Source of the DNA: an uncultured bacterium
GTDB taxonomy: Bacteria > Bipolaricaulota > Bipolaricaulia > RBG-16-55-9 > DRJF01
Reading direction: 5' to 3'
NCBI GenBank assembly: GCA_913053845.1
Contig: CAJXGD010000006.1
Coordinates: 713 to 64,712, forward strand
DNA: 64,000 nt
Positions within the stretch are counted from its first letter, which is position 1. Each line of letters begins with the position of its first letter. The position numbers were made by a program, and so were the translations under genes. Below the pieces are notes generated by a model. It searched no databases and was not told where the DNA came from. It saw only the letters and a program-made list of their open reading frames with translations. Shown here piece after piece: positions 54,374-63,023 of the stretch.

Positions 54374-55591
54374 CTAGCGCTCCCCCACGCCCAAGTTCTT
54401 CTCGATTCTGCGGCTGATATAGGAGAGCGAATAACAAAAGATCCAAAAGATAAAGCCAATAAAGATGTAGAGCTCAAAGATCGTTCCCCGCCACTGCAAG
54501 TTGCCCAGCACGCTATCTACCATGCCTAATAGCTCTAAGATGGCGATGAAGCCAAAGAGAGTGGTGTCCTTAAAGAGCGAGATGAGCTGCCCCACGATCG
54601 CCGGGATGACCGCCCGCAAGGCTTGGGGCAGGACGATCAACAGGGTGGTGAGCATCCTACCCAGGCCCACGGCATAGGCCGCTTCGAATTGACCCTGGGG
54701 AATGGCCTGCAAGCCACCGCGCACGTTTTCAGCCATGTAAGCCGCGGAGAAGGCGGTGATGGTCATCATGGCCCGGATCACGATGTCCGGCCTAAAGGTA
54801 GTGGGCACCAATAAGGGCAGCATATTGCTGGCCATGAAGAGTAGGGTGATCAGAGGCACACCGCGAATCAGCTCGATATAAAGTGTGCTGACCAGCCGCA
54901 CCGCCGGCAGGCTGCTGCGCCGGCCCAGGGCCAAGAGGATGCCAATGGGCAGCGAAAGGGTGATTCCCACCACCGCGCCCAGCAGGTTGAGCATGAAACC
55001 CCATTTGTTCCATCCTCCCACATTGTGCGCTTCTCCCACGACGGGCAAGAAGAGACCTCCCTTGAGTAGGACGAGGGTGAGGGGGAAAGAGAGCAGCCAA
55101 AGGCTGATCTCCAGCCACCTGCTCGTGCGGCTCTGCCGGGTCAGCCGTCCCAAACCGAAGCCGACCAGAGTGGAGAGCGCTGTGGCGAGAATCCAAAGAC
55201 GGGTGGCCCATGCGAACGGCAAGAGGGCCAGCAGCACCGTCGCCGCAGCCACCATCAGCGCAATCTGCAAAATAAGACCCCGGTGCAGTCCACCGCTGAA
55301 GCCCAGAAACAAGGCAACCATGTATAACGTCGCCCAAATGCGCCAGAGTTGGTCCAGAGGATATGTGCCTACGAAGAGCAGTTTCAGGTTGGCCGGGATG
55401 ACCGCCCAATGCGCTTCAGTCAACGCCCAATGGCCGAACAAAACGGCGAGCAAGAGGGCGATGGCCAAGCTCCCCACCGTCAAGAGCGTGTTGTACCAGG
55501 TGCTAAATAGGTTTTCCTTCAACCAACGAAGCGGACCGCTGCGGATCACCGGGGGGCGATCTATCTCTATCGTTGTAGCCGAACGGCTCAT
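54374..55591 (-). CDS. amino-acid ABC transporter permease (long AapM-like)
   Basis: 405 aa polytopic; polar-amino-acid permease (HisM/GlnP) C-terminal core with EAA-like loop (..AYMAENVRGGLQAIPQGQFEAAYAVGL..). Confidence 0.75.
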   Translation of the reverse strand: MSRSATTIEIDRPPVIRSGPLRWLKENLFSTWYNTLLTVGSLAIALLLAVLFGHWALTEAHWAVIPANLKLLFVGTYPLDQLWRIWATLYMVALFLGFSGGLHRGLILQIALMVAAATVLLALLPFAWATRLWILATALSTLVGFGLGRLTRQSRTSRWLEISLWLLSFPLTLVLLKGGLFLPVVGEAHNVGGWNKWGFMLNLLGAVVGITLSLPIGILLALGRRSSLPAVRLVSTLYIELIRGVPLITLLFMASNMLPLLVPTTFRPDIVIRAMMTITAFSAAYMAENVRGGLQAIPQGQFEAAYAVGLGRMLTTLLIVLPQALRAVIPAIVGQLISLFKDTTLFGFIAILELLGMVDSVLGNLQWRGTIFELYIFIGFIFWIFCYSLSYISRRIEKNLGVGER

Positions 55592-55592
55592 C

Positions 55593-56750
55593 TCAATGCT
55601 CCACCAAGCTGATGCGCCGGTTATAGTAGTTCATGAACAAGGAGGTGAGCAGGCTCATGATCAGATAGCTTCCCATGATCATCAGGAGCACCTCCACCAC
55701 GCGTCCCGTCTGATTGAAAATCGTCTCCCCGATGTTGACCAGGTCGTAGTAGCCGATCAAGATGGCCAAACTGGAGTTCTTGGTCAGATTTAGGTACTGG
55801 CTGGTGAGTGGGGGAATAATCACCCGCAGCGCCTGGGGCAGGATGACCAGGCGCAGGATCATGCCGGAGCTGAAACCGGCCGCTTTGGCCGCTTCGGTTT
55901 GGCCCTTGTCCACCGACTGGATGCCTGCCCGCACGATCTCGGCGATGAAGGCACCTGTATAGGTGACCAAGCCTACGAAGAGGGCGAAGAAAGAGGCGGA
56001 AAACTCAATCCCTCCTGAGAAATTATATCTGCCGAGCAGCGGAATATCCCAGCGCAGGGGAGCCGCTGAGCTGAGAAACCAACCGAGGGTCGCGATGGCG
56101 ATAAAGCTTGCCAGTGCCCAACCGAGGGGGAATCCTGGCCGACCCACCCGTTTGAGTTGCATGCGCCGGAAAAGGTAGCTGGCGCTGGCGACGATTAGCC
56201 CCACGATCAGAAACCATCCCCAGCGCTGGAACGAAGCGGTGGGGAGCAGCCAGGGCAGGTCGAGGCCGCGCTTGTTGATATAGATGAACCCCGGTAAGGC
56301 GATGCTGTTTTTGACCAGCGGGAAGGCAGAGAGGAAGACCGCAAAATACCAGAAGAACAGTTGCACCAAGAGGGGAATGTTGCGAATCGTCTCGACGTAG
56401 AAGCCGGCCAGCTTGCGGATCAGCCAGTTGCCGGACAGTCTGGAGATCCCAATGACCGTTCCCACCAGGGTGGCAAAGACGATGCCCACCAGCACCACCC
56501 GCAGGGTATTGACCACTCCGACCAAGAAGGCGTAGCCATTGGTGTCGGTGGAGGTATATTTGATCCCTTCTGAGATGGGAAATCCCGCGGTATTATTGAG
56601 GAAGCCAAACCCGATCTTCAGCCCGATGGCCTGTAAATTGCTCTCAAGGTTGTGGTAGAGCCACCCCAGGCCGGCGGCGACCAGTGCCAAAAAGACCACT
56701 TGACCAATGACCCTCAGCACCCGCACATCACGCAGGAAGGCGGGGATCAA
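55593..56750 (-). CDS. amino-acid ABC transporter permease (AapQ-like)
   Basis: 385 aa polytopic; EAA-like loop ..AFIAEIVRAGIQSVDKGQTEAAKAAGF.. Confidence 0.75.
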   Translation of the reverse strand: MIPAFLRDVRVLRVIGQVVFLALVAAGLGWLYHNLESNLQAIGLKIGFGFLNNTAGFPISEGIKYTSTDTNGYAFLVGVVNTLRVVLVGIVFATLVGTVIGISRLSGNWLIRKLAGFYVETIRNIPLLVQLFFWYFAVFLSAFPLVKNSIALPGFIYINKRGLDLPWLLPTASFQRWGWFLIVGLIVASASYLFRRMQLKRVGRPGFPLGWALASFIAIATLGWFLSSAAPLRWDIPLLGRYNFSGGIEFSASFFALFVGLVTYTGAFIAEIVRAGIQSVDKGQTEAAKAAGFSSGMILRLVILPQALRVIIPPLTSQYLNLTKNSSLAILIGYYDLVNIGETIFNQTGRVVEVLLMIMGSYLIMSLLTSLFMNYYNRRISLVEH

Positions 56751-57205
56751 GGTTTGTCCTTTCCCGGATTATTCCACTGATCCACGGAGATGGGCTCAAA
56801 TTGAGCGTTCAGCAGTTCGCCGGGGTCGGGGCTGCAATTACGGTTGCGATCGTACCAATAGCCTAAGAGATGCTTGGCCTTGACAAACGACCCGCTGGTG
56901 GCGAGGCCTTCTCTGATGTTGCCAAAGCTGGCGACCAGGTAGCGGACGCGTAGCAGCGGGCACTTTTCCTGACCGTACCAAGCCTCTAGGAAGGTCCGCG
57001 ACTGATCGGAAGCCGGTGAGAGGATCACCAGGCGGTATTGAGCGAGCTGAGAATAATCCAAGGCGGGGAGTTTGCCGCTGGAGTTGAAAGTGGAGCGAGA
57101 CAGGTTATAATAGAACCACCCTGCACCTAGTACAACCAGCAACAAGAGGAGCAACAAGCCGATAGCTCTCAAGCCATGCGCATTCTGAAAGCGGGCAAAC
57201 ATCAA
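56747..57205 (-). CDS. hypothetical membrane-anchored protein inserted in the amino-acid ABC operon
   Basis: 152 aa; N-terminal TM anchor (AIGLLLLLLLVVLGAGWFYY) then a soluble ~110-aa region with no family I recognise; 4-nt overlap with the downstream permease. Confidence 0.4.
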   Translation of the reverse strand: MMFARFQNAHGLRAIGLLLLLLLVVLGAGWFYYNLSRSTFNSSGKLPALDYSQLAQYRLVILSPASDQSRTFLEAWYGQEKCPLLRVRYLVASFGNIREGLATSGSFVKAKHLLGYWYDRNRNCSPDPGELLNAQFEPISVDQWNNPGKDKP

Positions 57206-57306
57206 GATATCTCCTTGGCTAGCAGCGATGAAAAAGGAGCACAGCCTGAATCAACCAGGCTGTGCTCCCCTGTTCATTGGTCAGCTGACTAATGCGGCTG
57301 TGGCTA

Positions 57307-58338
57307 CTATCTCCAAGCGGGAGCGTAGAGCAAGCCGCCGTTCTTGAAGCTGGCGTTCAAGCTGCCGGCGCGAGGGATCGCTAGCCCGTTGGGTCCCAGG
57401 TTTCGCGTGTAGATCTCGCCGTAATTCCCTACCGCTTCGATGGCCTTAACCGCCCAATCCTCATTGAGGCCCAGCTTGGCGCCCAGGCCGCCTTCCTTCC
57501 CCAGGAAGCGCAGGATCGAGGGATTATCGCTCTGGAAGCTGGAGACGTTGGCTTGGGTGATCCCCTTCTCCTCAGCGAAGAAGGTGGCGAAGACGGTCCA
57601 CTTGACGACGTCGAACCACTTGTCGTCACCTTGGCGGGTCAAGGGCCCCAAGGGCTCCTTGGAGATCGTCTCCGGCAGGATGGTCAGGTTGCTGGGATCT
57701 TTGGAGATGGTGCGCAGCGAGGCCAGCTGAGACTTATCGCTGGTGTAGGCATCGCAGCCCCCATCGTCGAAGGTGCCGAAGGCTGCCTCAGTCTTGGCGA
57801 AGACCTTGGTCTTCAGGGTGAGACCGGCCTCGCGAAAGGCATCGGCCAGGTTGCCCTCGGTGGTCGTCCCGGAGGTCACACAGATGGTCGCGCCGTTCAA
57901 ATCCTTGAGGGATTTGATATTGTCGCTCTTGCGGACCAGGAAGCCTTGCCCGTCGTAAAAGGTCGTCGGCGCAAAGATGGCCCCGAGCGCTTGAGAGTCG
58001 CGGGTGAGCGTCCAGGTGGTATTGCGGATCAAAACGTCAATCTGACTGGTCTGCAGGGCGGTGAAGCGCTCACCGGCGGTCAGGGGAACGAAGTCAATGT
58101 CATTCCCAGGATCCAGGCCGATGGCGGCCGCCAACGCCTTGCAATAGTCGACGTCGAATCCACTGAATTGCCCAGTGGCCGAATCAAGGAAACCGAAGCC
58201 GGGAAGCGTAGAATTGACCCCACAGATCAGCTTACCTCGGGTCTGGACGTCAGAGAGGGTGTCGGCACTGGCAATGAGCGGCAGCACTACCGCCACAACC
58301 AATAGAACAACACCGAGGACCTTCAAGATGCTACGCAT
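57307..58338 (-). CDS. general amino-acid ABC transporter substrate-binding protein (AapJ-like)
   Basis: 343 aa; signal peptide; type-2 SBP (family 3) fold blocks (..LICGVNSTLPGFGFLD.., ..DVLIRNTTWTLTRD..). Confidence 0.8.
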   Translation of the reverse strand: MRSILKVLGVVLLVVAVVLPLIASADTLSDVQTRGKLICGVNSTLPGFGFLDSATGQFSGFDVDYCKALAAAIGLDPGNDIDFVPLTAGERFTALQTSQIDVLIRNTTWTLTRDSQALGAIFAPTTFYDGQGFLVRKSDNIKSLKDLNGATICVTSGTTTEGNLADAFREAGLTLKTKVFAKTEAAFGTFDDGGCDAYTSDKSQLASLRTISKDPSNLTILPETISKEPLGPLTRQGDDKWFDVVKWTVFATFFAEEKGITQANVSSFQSDNPSILRFLGKEGGLGAKLGLNEDWAVKAIEAVGNYGEIYTRNLGPNGLAIPRAGSLNASFKNGGLLYAPAWR

Positions 58339-58461
58339 GTCTCTACCTCCTGTTTTCTGATTCTTCTAATATACCAGAAGAATCTATGCTTGTCAAACCC
58401 AAAGGAGTTGGCACGCCAAGAGATCGTTACCAGGGGGAGACTGTAGGGGCGTATGGCCATA

Positions 58462-58685
58462 CCACTGGTCACAACTTAAGGCATTAAATGGTGATTTCAA
58501 GGCGTTTTCCCCACAGCTCCTTCTCCCTCAGGGAGAAGGTTGGGATGAGGGTGTGCAAGCCGTTTGCTTCACCCAACAGGACCAACCCTCACCCCGACCC
58601 TCTCCCAAACATGGGAGAGGGAGCAAGCACACGCCGCTAAAATGATGTTCCCAACGGGATAAACACCCTTAAGTTGTGACCAGTG
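58462..58685. repeat. MITE-like element: ~185-bp structured core bounded by 19-20-bp terminal inverted repeats (CCACTGGTCACAACTTAAGG .. CCTTAAGTTGTGACCAGTG)
   Basis: Terminal inverted repeats at 58462-58481 and 58667-58685; internal hairpins CCCTCAGGGAGAAGG and CCCTCTCCCAAACATGGGAGAGGG; no coding capacity. Confidence 0.4.
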
Positions 58686-58699
58686 CTCAGGGCGTCCAG

Positions 58700-58933
58700 C
58701 TAAAATCCTGGGGTTATTTTCTCTAATCGTTCGGCAATCCATACTTTAATGATTGATTGGCGGGTGACTCCTAGGCGTTTTGCTTCTCTATCCAGTGATT
58801 GGATCATCCAAAGGGGGAAGTCTACATTGACCCGCTTTTGTTCCTGGGCGGGTCGGCGTGCCTTGGAAAGATCCAAATGCTTGGAGATATCCTGTCCTTC
58901 ATCGAATGCACGATCGAACTCTTCAGCCTTCAT
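58700..58933 (-). CDS. CopG/ribbon-helix-helix DNA-binding protein (BrnA-like antitoxin; no cognate toxin found)
   Basis: 77 aa from MKAEEFDRAF (the ORF track extends upstream to 59191); C-terminal block VNVDFPLWMIQSLDREAKRLGVTRQSIIKVWIAERLE is the BrnA/CopG RHH signature. Confidence 0.55.
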   Translation of the reverse strand: MKAEEFDRAFDEGQDISKHLDLSKARRPAQEQKRVNVDFPLWMIQSLDREAKRLGVTRQSIIKVWIAERLEKITPGF

Positions 58934-59022
58934 AAAGATAGACCTCCTCCCTACGAGATCGCCTGACGGAGATGATGCGCACCCCTCTCTGTTTCGCGGA
59001 AGGGACGAGGGAGGGGTCTTCT

Positions 59023-59517
59023 CTACCCCCCCGGCGCGCAGGGCACCACCGCGCTCAAGTGCCACCCTGCCCCATACTCGAAGCGATTGGCCAGATTGCC
59101 TTTGGCATCGTAGAGATAGGCCGAATCGCCGTTGGAGTCGCACCAGACGTACCTGAGCGTCCAAAAGAGGTCGGGCGTCTTGCCTTGGCATTTGGTGCTC
59201 GAATGGCCCAGCGCCTCCGGCCCGGAATGCACTCGAATCATCTGCTGGCTCTTGAGCACACAGTCCTGCGGGAACCGATAGGCGATGCCTATCGTCTTAT
59301 TCGGCCGATGCGCCCAGAGCGTCCAGCCGGAGATATCCACCGGCTTGTCGCCCTGGTTGGCGATCGAGACCATCTCGTCTCGGCTGTACTGGCGAATGGT
59401 CACCACGCGCACCGCGTAGTGAGGCGCGTTCTTCTCCTGCGGCTTGGGTCCCAGCAGGAACCAACTGCCCAGGGTGATGGCCAGCAGCACAAGGGCGAGA
59501 ACTAATATTTTGGTCAT
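59023..59517 (-). CDS. secreted lamin-tail-domain (LTD) protein
   Basis: 164 aa; signal/TM N-terminus; LTD-like block EMVSIANQGDKPVDISGWTLWA..YRFPQDCVLKSQQMIRVHSG. Confidence 0.5.
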   Translation of the reverse strand: MTKILVLALVLLAITLGSWFLLGPKPQEKNAPHYAVRVVTIRQYSRDEMVSIANQGDKPVDISGWTLWAHRPNKTIGIAYRFPQDCVLKSQQMIRVHSGPEALGHSSTKCQGKTPDLFWTLRYVWCDSNGDSAYLYDAKGNLANRFEYGAGWHLSAVVPCAPGG

Positions 59518-59533
59518 AGACCCTCCTTAAGCC

Positions 59534-61147
59534 TTACGGCCCCTTGGTGATCGTGGCCGTATATATATTCTGGTTGCGGCAGCCTTGGGTGAGCGTCTCC
59601 AGCTTCTTCGGATCGCAAGGCGGATTGGTCACCGGCTGCGGCTTGACGTCCCGATTGTCCGTCCAGATGACATGGGTCTTCCCTCCAGCCGAAGCGATCG
59701 AGATGTAGTCGCCGATGAAGGGCACCCGGCCCCCGCCAAACATCTTCAAGTTAGGGTCGAAAGAGCGATCTGTGACCCGGATGCTCTCAGATGCCGGGAA
59801 GTGGACCGGGCAGCCGACGGGCGCCTCGGCATAATAAACGTCCAAACGCCTCATCAAGGGGTTCTTGGGCGAGAATTGCGGATCGTTGCGGCTGTCATAC
59901 CAGGCGACCTTGACCAGGCCGTCGGCCACGGTCACCGTGGGCATGACCTGGTAGCCGGTCGTTGCCGGAGCCACCACTGCCGGCTTGCTCCAGCGCAGGC
60001 CCTGATCGGCCGAGCAGGAGATGACTATCTGGGAACCCTGGTCGGTCAGCTTCTCATCCCAGACGATATAAACGTTCTGGCCATCGGAGGCGGCGCTGGG
60101 GAAGCTGCGATGACGAAAACCCGGCGGCACGGTGGCATCCTCGAACACCTGATCGAAGGGCCGGATCTTCTGAATGGGAAAGACCGCCAAGAATGACCGT
60201 CCTGCGTCATTGGAAACGGACATGCTGATGCTCTCCCGCTGGTCGCCGGCCAGCTCCTGGCAGCCCTTAAAGCTGCGTACGAAATCGCAGATATTCTGGT
60301 CGCGCCAGAAGAGATAAACGTTGCCCTTGGCGTCGGTGGTAATGGTGCAACCTCGCGCCTCGGCGGGGAAACCGGCCAGGCTGGTCTTGGGAGCCAGGAC
60401 CACCTGAGGGGGTGAAAAGGTCTTGCCGTGATCGGTGGAGCGACTGAAGAGGATGACCGCCGGACTGCGTGTCCAGCCAACATAGATGTTCCCGTCGCTC
60501 GGGCCGCCGGAGTTGTCAATGGCCATACAGGGCTTGTCGCTGAAGGCGGTGGTCGGCTCGAGGGTCACCAGAGCAGTCCCCATATATTTGGCGCCATGAT
60601 CGGCGTAGCGGGCGACGATCACCCCTTCTTTGGAGGAGTTGCCGTAGCCGAAATTGGCCGGGATGATCAGGCCCAGATAGAAAGCGTTGCCCTGACTGTC
60701 GAAGGCCAGGACGGGATCACTCATGCCCTGGAAGCCATGAGCCGGCGAGTCGCGGCCTTCAGATGAGATGTCTCCCGGGTAGCCGGGGACGAAGCTGTTG
60801 TTCCAAGTCTTGCCTCCGTCGGTCGAGCGATAGTAGCCCATCCAGACGGTGTATTTGAAGGACCGTGATAATTCCAAGCGATAGTCATTGGCACCGGCAA
60901 CCAAGATATTGGGGTTGGTGGGATCAACGGCGATGGTGGGCTCGTTCTGCGGAAGATTATTGCAATCGAAATTGGGGCCGAAACCGGTATGACAAGGCTG
61001 ATCGTTGTTGTCATGGATAACCTTGATATTGGGACCTACGATCAAAGCACTGCTGCCACCATATAGAGGGGCACTGCCGAGCCCCAGGCTAACGGCAGTG
61101 ATCAAGAGGACCAGCGTCAGCCAGCGCCAACTGGAGATATGTTGCAT
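59534..61147 (-). CDS. secreted BNR/Asp-box repeat protein (sialidase-like beta-propeller)
   Basis: 537 aa; signal peptide; Asp-box motifs STDGGKTW, STDHGKTF, SNDAGRSF, SADQGLRWS spaced ~60-100 aa apart. Confidence 0.7.
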   Translation of the reverse strand: MQHISSWRWLTLVLLITAVSLGLGSAPLYGGSSALIVGPNIKVIHDNNDQPCHTGFGPNFDCNNLPQNEPTIAVDPTNPNILVAGANDYRLELSRSFKYTVWMGYYRSTDGGKTWNNSFVPGYPGDISSEGRDSPAHGFQGMSDPVLAFDSQGNAFYLGLIIPANFGYGNSSKEGVIVARYADHGAKYMGTALVTLEPTTAFSDKPCMAIDNSGGPSDGNIYVGWTRSPAVILFSRSTDHGKTFSPPQVVLAPKTSLAGFPAEARGCTITTDAKGNVYLFWRDQNICDFVRSFKGCQELAGDQRESISMSVSNDAGRSFLAVFPIQKIRPFDQVFEDATVPPGFRHRSFPSAASDGQNVYIVWDEKLTDQGSQIVISCSADQGLRWSKPAVVAPATTGYQVMPTVTVADGLVKVAWYDSRNDPQFSPKNPLMRRLDVYYAEAPVGCPVHFPASESIRVTDRSFDPNLKMFGGGRVPFIGDYISIASAGGKTHVIWTDNRDVKPQPVTNPPCDPKKLETLTQGCRNQNIYTATITKGP

Positions 61148-61232
61148 AGCAGGATGCCTCCTTTGCTCTTCTGCGTGATGCTATACCGATGTACATTGAT
61201 CATATCGCATGTTTTTTGTAGGGGCAACCCCC

Positions 61233-61303
61233 CGTGGTTGCCCTGAATCCTGGGCGAGCGCCCTGGGCAGGCACAGGGGCCTGCCCCTACAAATTGGGTT
61301 CAC
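61233..61303. repeat. composite palindromic element bounded by GTAGGGGC .. GCCCCTAC with internal hairpins
   Basis: GGGCAACC-CCCCGT-GGTTGCCC and GGCAGG..CCTGCC hairpins; GCCCTGAATCCTGGGC occurs twice within 100 bp; related copies at 63880-63962 show compensatory changes (CAGCC/GGCTG vs CAACC/GGTTG). Confidence 0.4.
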
Positions 61304-61360
61304 CATGTCCCATTCGTTGTGGGGGCGAATCTTGTATTCGCCCTGAATCCTGGGCTAACA

Positions 61361-61474
61361 CCGGGGATTAAAATCCCCGGCTACGGTAAGGCAGAAAACC
61401 CCTACGGGGTTCCGGCCGTTAACCCTCAAAGAGGGTTTCCCAGCTTTTCGGTAGCCGGGAGATTTATCTCCCGG
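61361..61474. repeat. structured intergenic element, copy B (same four-hairpin architecture as 45449-45565)
   Basis: CCGGGGA-TTAAAA-TCCCCGG, CCCC-TA-GGGG, AACCCTC-AAA-GAGGGTT, CCGGGAGAT-TTA-TCTCCCGG; the fourth stem differs from copy A by compensatory pairs (GAAA/TTTC vs GAGAT/ATCTC). Confidence 0.45.
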
Positions 61475-61493
61475 TTCATTTAACCGTCCCTCA

Positions 61494-61533
61494 CACAAAA
61501 ACAAAAGCCCCGGATCGTACCCGATCCGGGGCT
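61494..61533 (-). terminator. Rho-independent terminator of the 61554-62897 gene
   Basis: Minus-strand stem AGCCCCGGATCG-GGTA-CGATCCGGGGCT followed by TTTGTTTTTGTG, 20 nt after the stop codon. Confidence 0.6.
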
Positions 61534-61553
61534 TGTCATGCACGTTTGAATGG

Positions 61554-62897
61554 TTAGAAGTTGATGCCGGCGCCGAAGACACCCTCCCACGCTGGGACGG
61601 CCGTCACGTCAGCAGTAAGGTTGACCGCGCCCGCCGTGGCGGTGACGATGAACTCCAAGCCACTTAGGGTAACGGTGCCAGACCCTGACAAGGTAGTCAC
61701 CGTCTCGAAGGTCACGCCGGAGCGCTGTACCGATAGATCGGCTGACAAGCTGGTCAGGCCGGTACCACGAGCGGCATTAGCTGTAAGCGTCAGCGAAGCC
61801 GGATTGCTATCCGGATTGAGCGTAGTAGCCAACGTGACGCTTGTGGTGGTCGGCGTCAACGTCGAGTTGAAGTTCTGGACGATGGTCAAGCCACCACTGG
61901 AGAGCGTCAGGCTGACACCGCTGAAGAGCTGCTCCGTGATGTTGGTGGACGTCAGAGTTGCGCTCACTGCGCCCAGTGCCGTGTTGAAGCTCAGGCTGGT
62001 CATTGAGGAGAACGGGCTAGCCGCTAGACCCGTGCAAGCGTCGGGGTTGAAGCGGAATTCCAGGTACTCGTTCACGTTGACCGGACCGACCGGGATGCCC
62101 TCGACCTGGATCTTCTCTACCGCGAAGGTCAGTGGTACACCAGCTGCACCAGCCTCAGCGCAGACCACGCCTGGGAAGGTGTGATGCTTGATGATGTTGT
62201 ACCCCTGCGGATCCATGCCGATGCCGGTGATGTTGCGCACGGTGATCCCGCTGACCGTCTGGCCTTCAATCGTGATGGTGTCGCCGAAGTTGAAGGTCTG
62301 TGAGGCAGCCAGGTAGATTGCCGGTTGCGCTGCTGACGGGCTGGGGAAGCTCGTGTCCTCCAAGATCGCCAGGTTGGTCAAGGTGATTCCGGCGATGGAG
62401 ATGGAGGCCGAGACCCGCTTCTTGACGAAGAGCAGGCTAGAACTGCCGTCGCTGTTCGTAGGAATGAGGGTGTAGACCGTCTGCGAGTGGGTCTGGGTAC
62501 CGGCAGTATTATGGATTAGCAGTGTATCGCTGCCGAAGGGCATCGCGAAGACGAACTGGTCGGTGATGTTCAGCGCGCCCAGGGTCGCCTGCAGGTTGGT
62601 GATGACATCTTCCAGACCGGTGAAGCCGGCATGAGCGTGGAACCCCAGCGTCAGACCGCTGATCGTCCAGTTGATGTTCATCTCGGTCACGAAGTCGGTC
62701 TTGGTCATCGTCTTCTCACAGTTAAAAGTTGTGTTTTCTGAGCCGGGGAAGCTTACGAACGGTAGAGCACCACAAGCGATGGGCTCGACGGTGACGCTAG
62801 CGTTGAAGTTTCCGGTGACGTCGGCCCTGGTCACGAAGGACGCAAAGCCTACAGCAAGAATGAGCGCGAGTGCGACTGAGAGAATCTTCCTAGACAT
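61554..62897 (-). CDS. beta-rich secreted protein with outer-membrane-protein-type C-terminal signature (Omp-beta/porin-like, hypothetical)
   Basis: 447 aa; signal peptide; Thr/Ser/Gly-rich alternating pattern; C-terminus ..VFGAGINF (terminal Phe, hydrophobics at -1,-3,-5,-7); AAGGAGG RBS; downstream of the SLH gene on the same strand. Confidence 0.45.
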   Translation of the reverse strand: MSRKILSVALALILAVGFASFVTRADVTGNFNASVTVEPIACGALPFVSFPGSENTTFNCEKTMTKTDFVTEMNINWTISGLTLGFHAHAGFTGLEDVITNLQATLGALNITDQFVFAMPFGSDTLLIHNTAGTQTHSQTVYTLIPTNSDGSSSLLFVKKRVSASISIAGITLTNLAILEDTSFPSPSAAQPAIYLAASQTFNFGDTITIEGQTVSGITVRNITGIGMDPQGYNIIKHHTFPGVVCAEAGAAGVPLTFAVEKIQVEGIPVGPVNVNEYLEFRFNPDACTGLAASPFSSMTSLSFNTALGAVSATLTSTNITEQLFSGVSLTLSSGGLTIVQNFNSTLTPTTTSVTLATTLNPDSNPASLTLTANAARGTGLTSLSADLSVQRSGVTFETVTTLSGSGTVTLSGLEFIVTATAGAVNLTADVTAVPAWEGVFGAGINF

Positions 62898-63023
62898 TGA
62901 GGAGAACCTCCTTTAGAGTTTTGGATCTAGGTGTTGCCGCCTGTGCACAGAGAACGCTTTAGACCCTTATGTAATACCCATCACCTCCGTTTCCGTAGTC
63001 TTGCTGACCAGCATTATAACACA

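Noticed and set aside
58934-59191. Upstream 86 codons of ORF 58700-59191 as a BrnT-like toxin fused or adjacent to the RHH antitoxin
   Set aside because: The upstream segment is Arg/Leu/Gly-rich with no DUF497-like motifs and no independent start/RBS; the RHH homology begins at the internal Met (MKAEEFDRAF).
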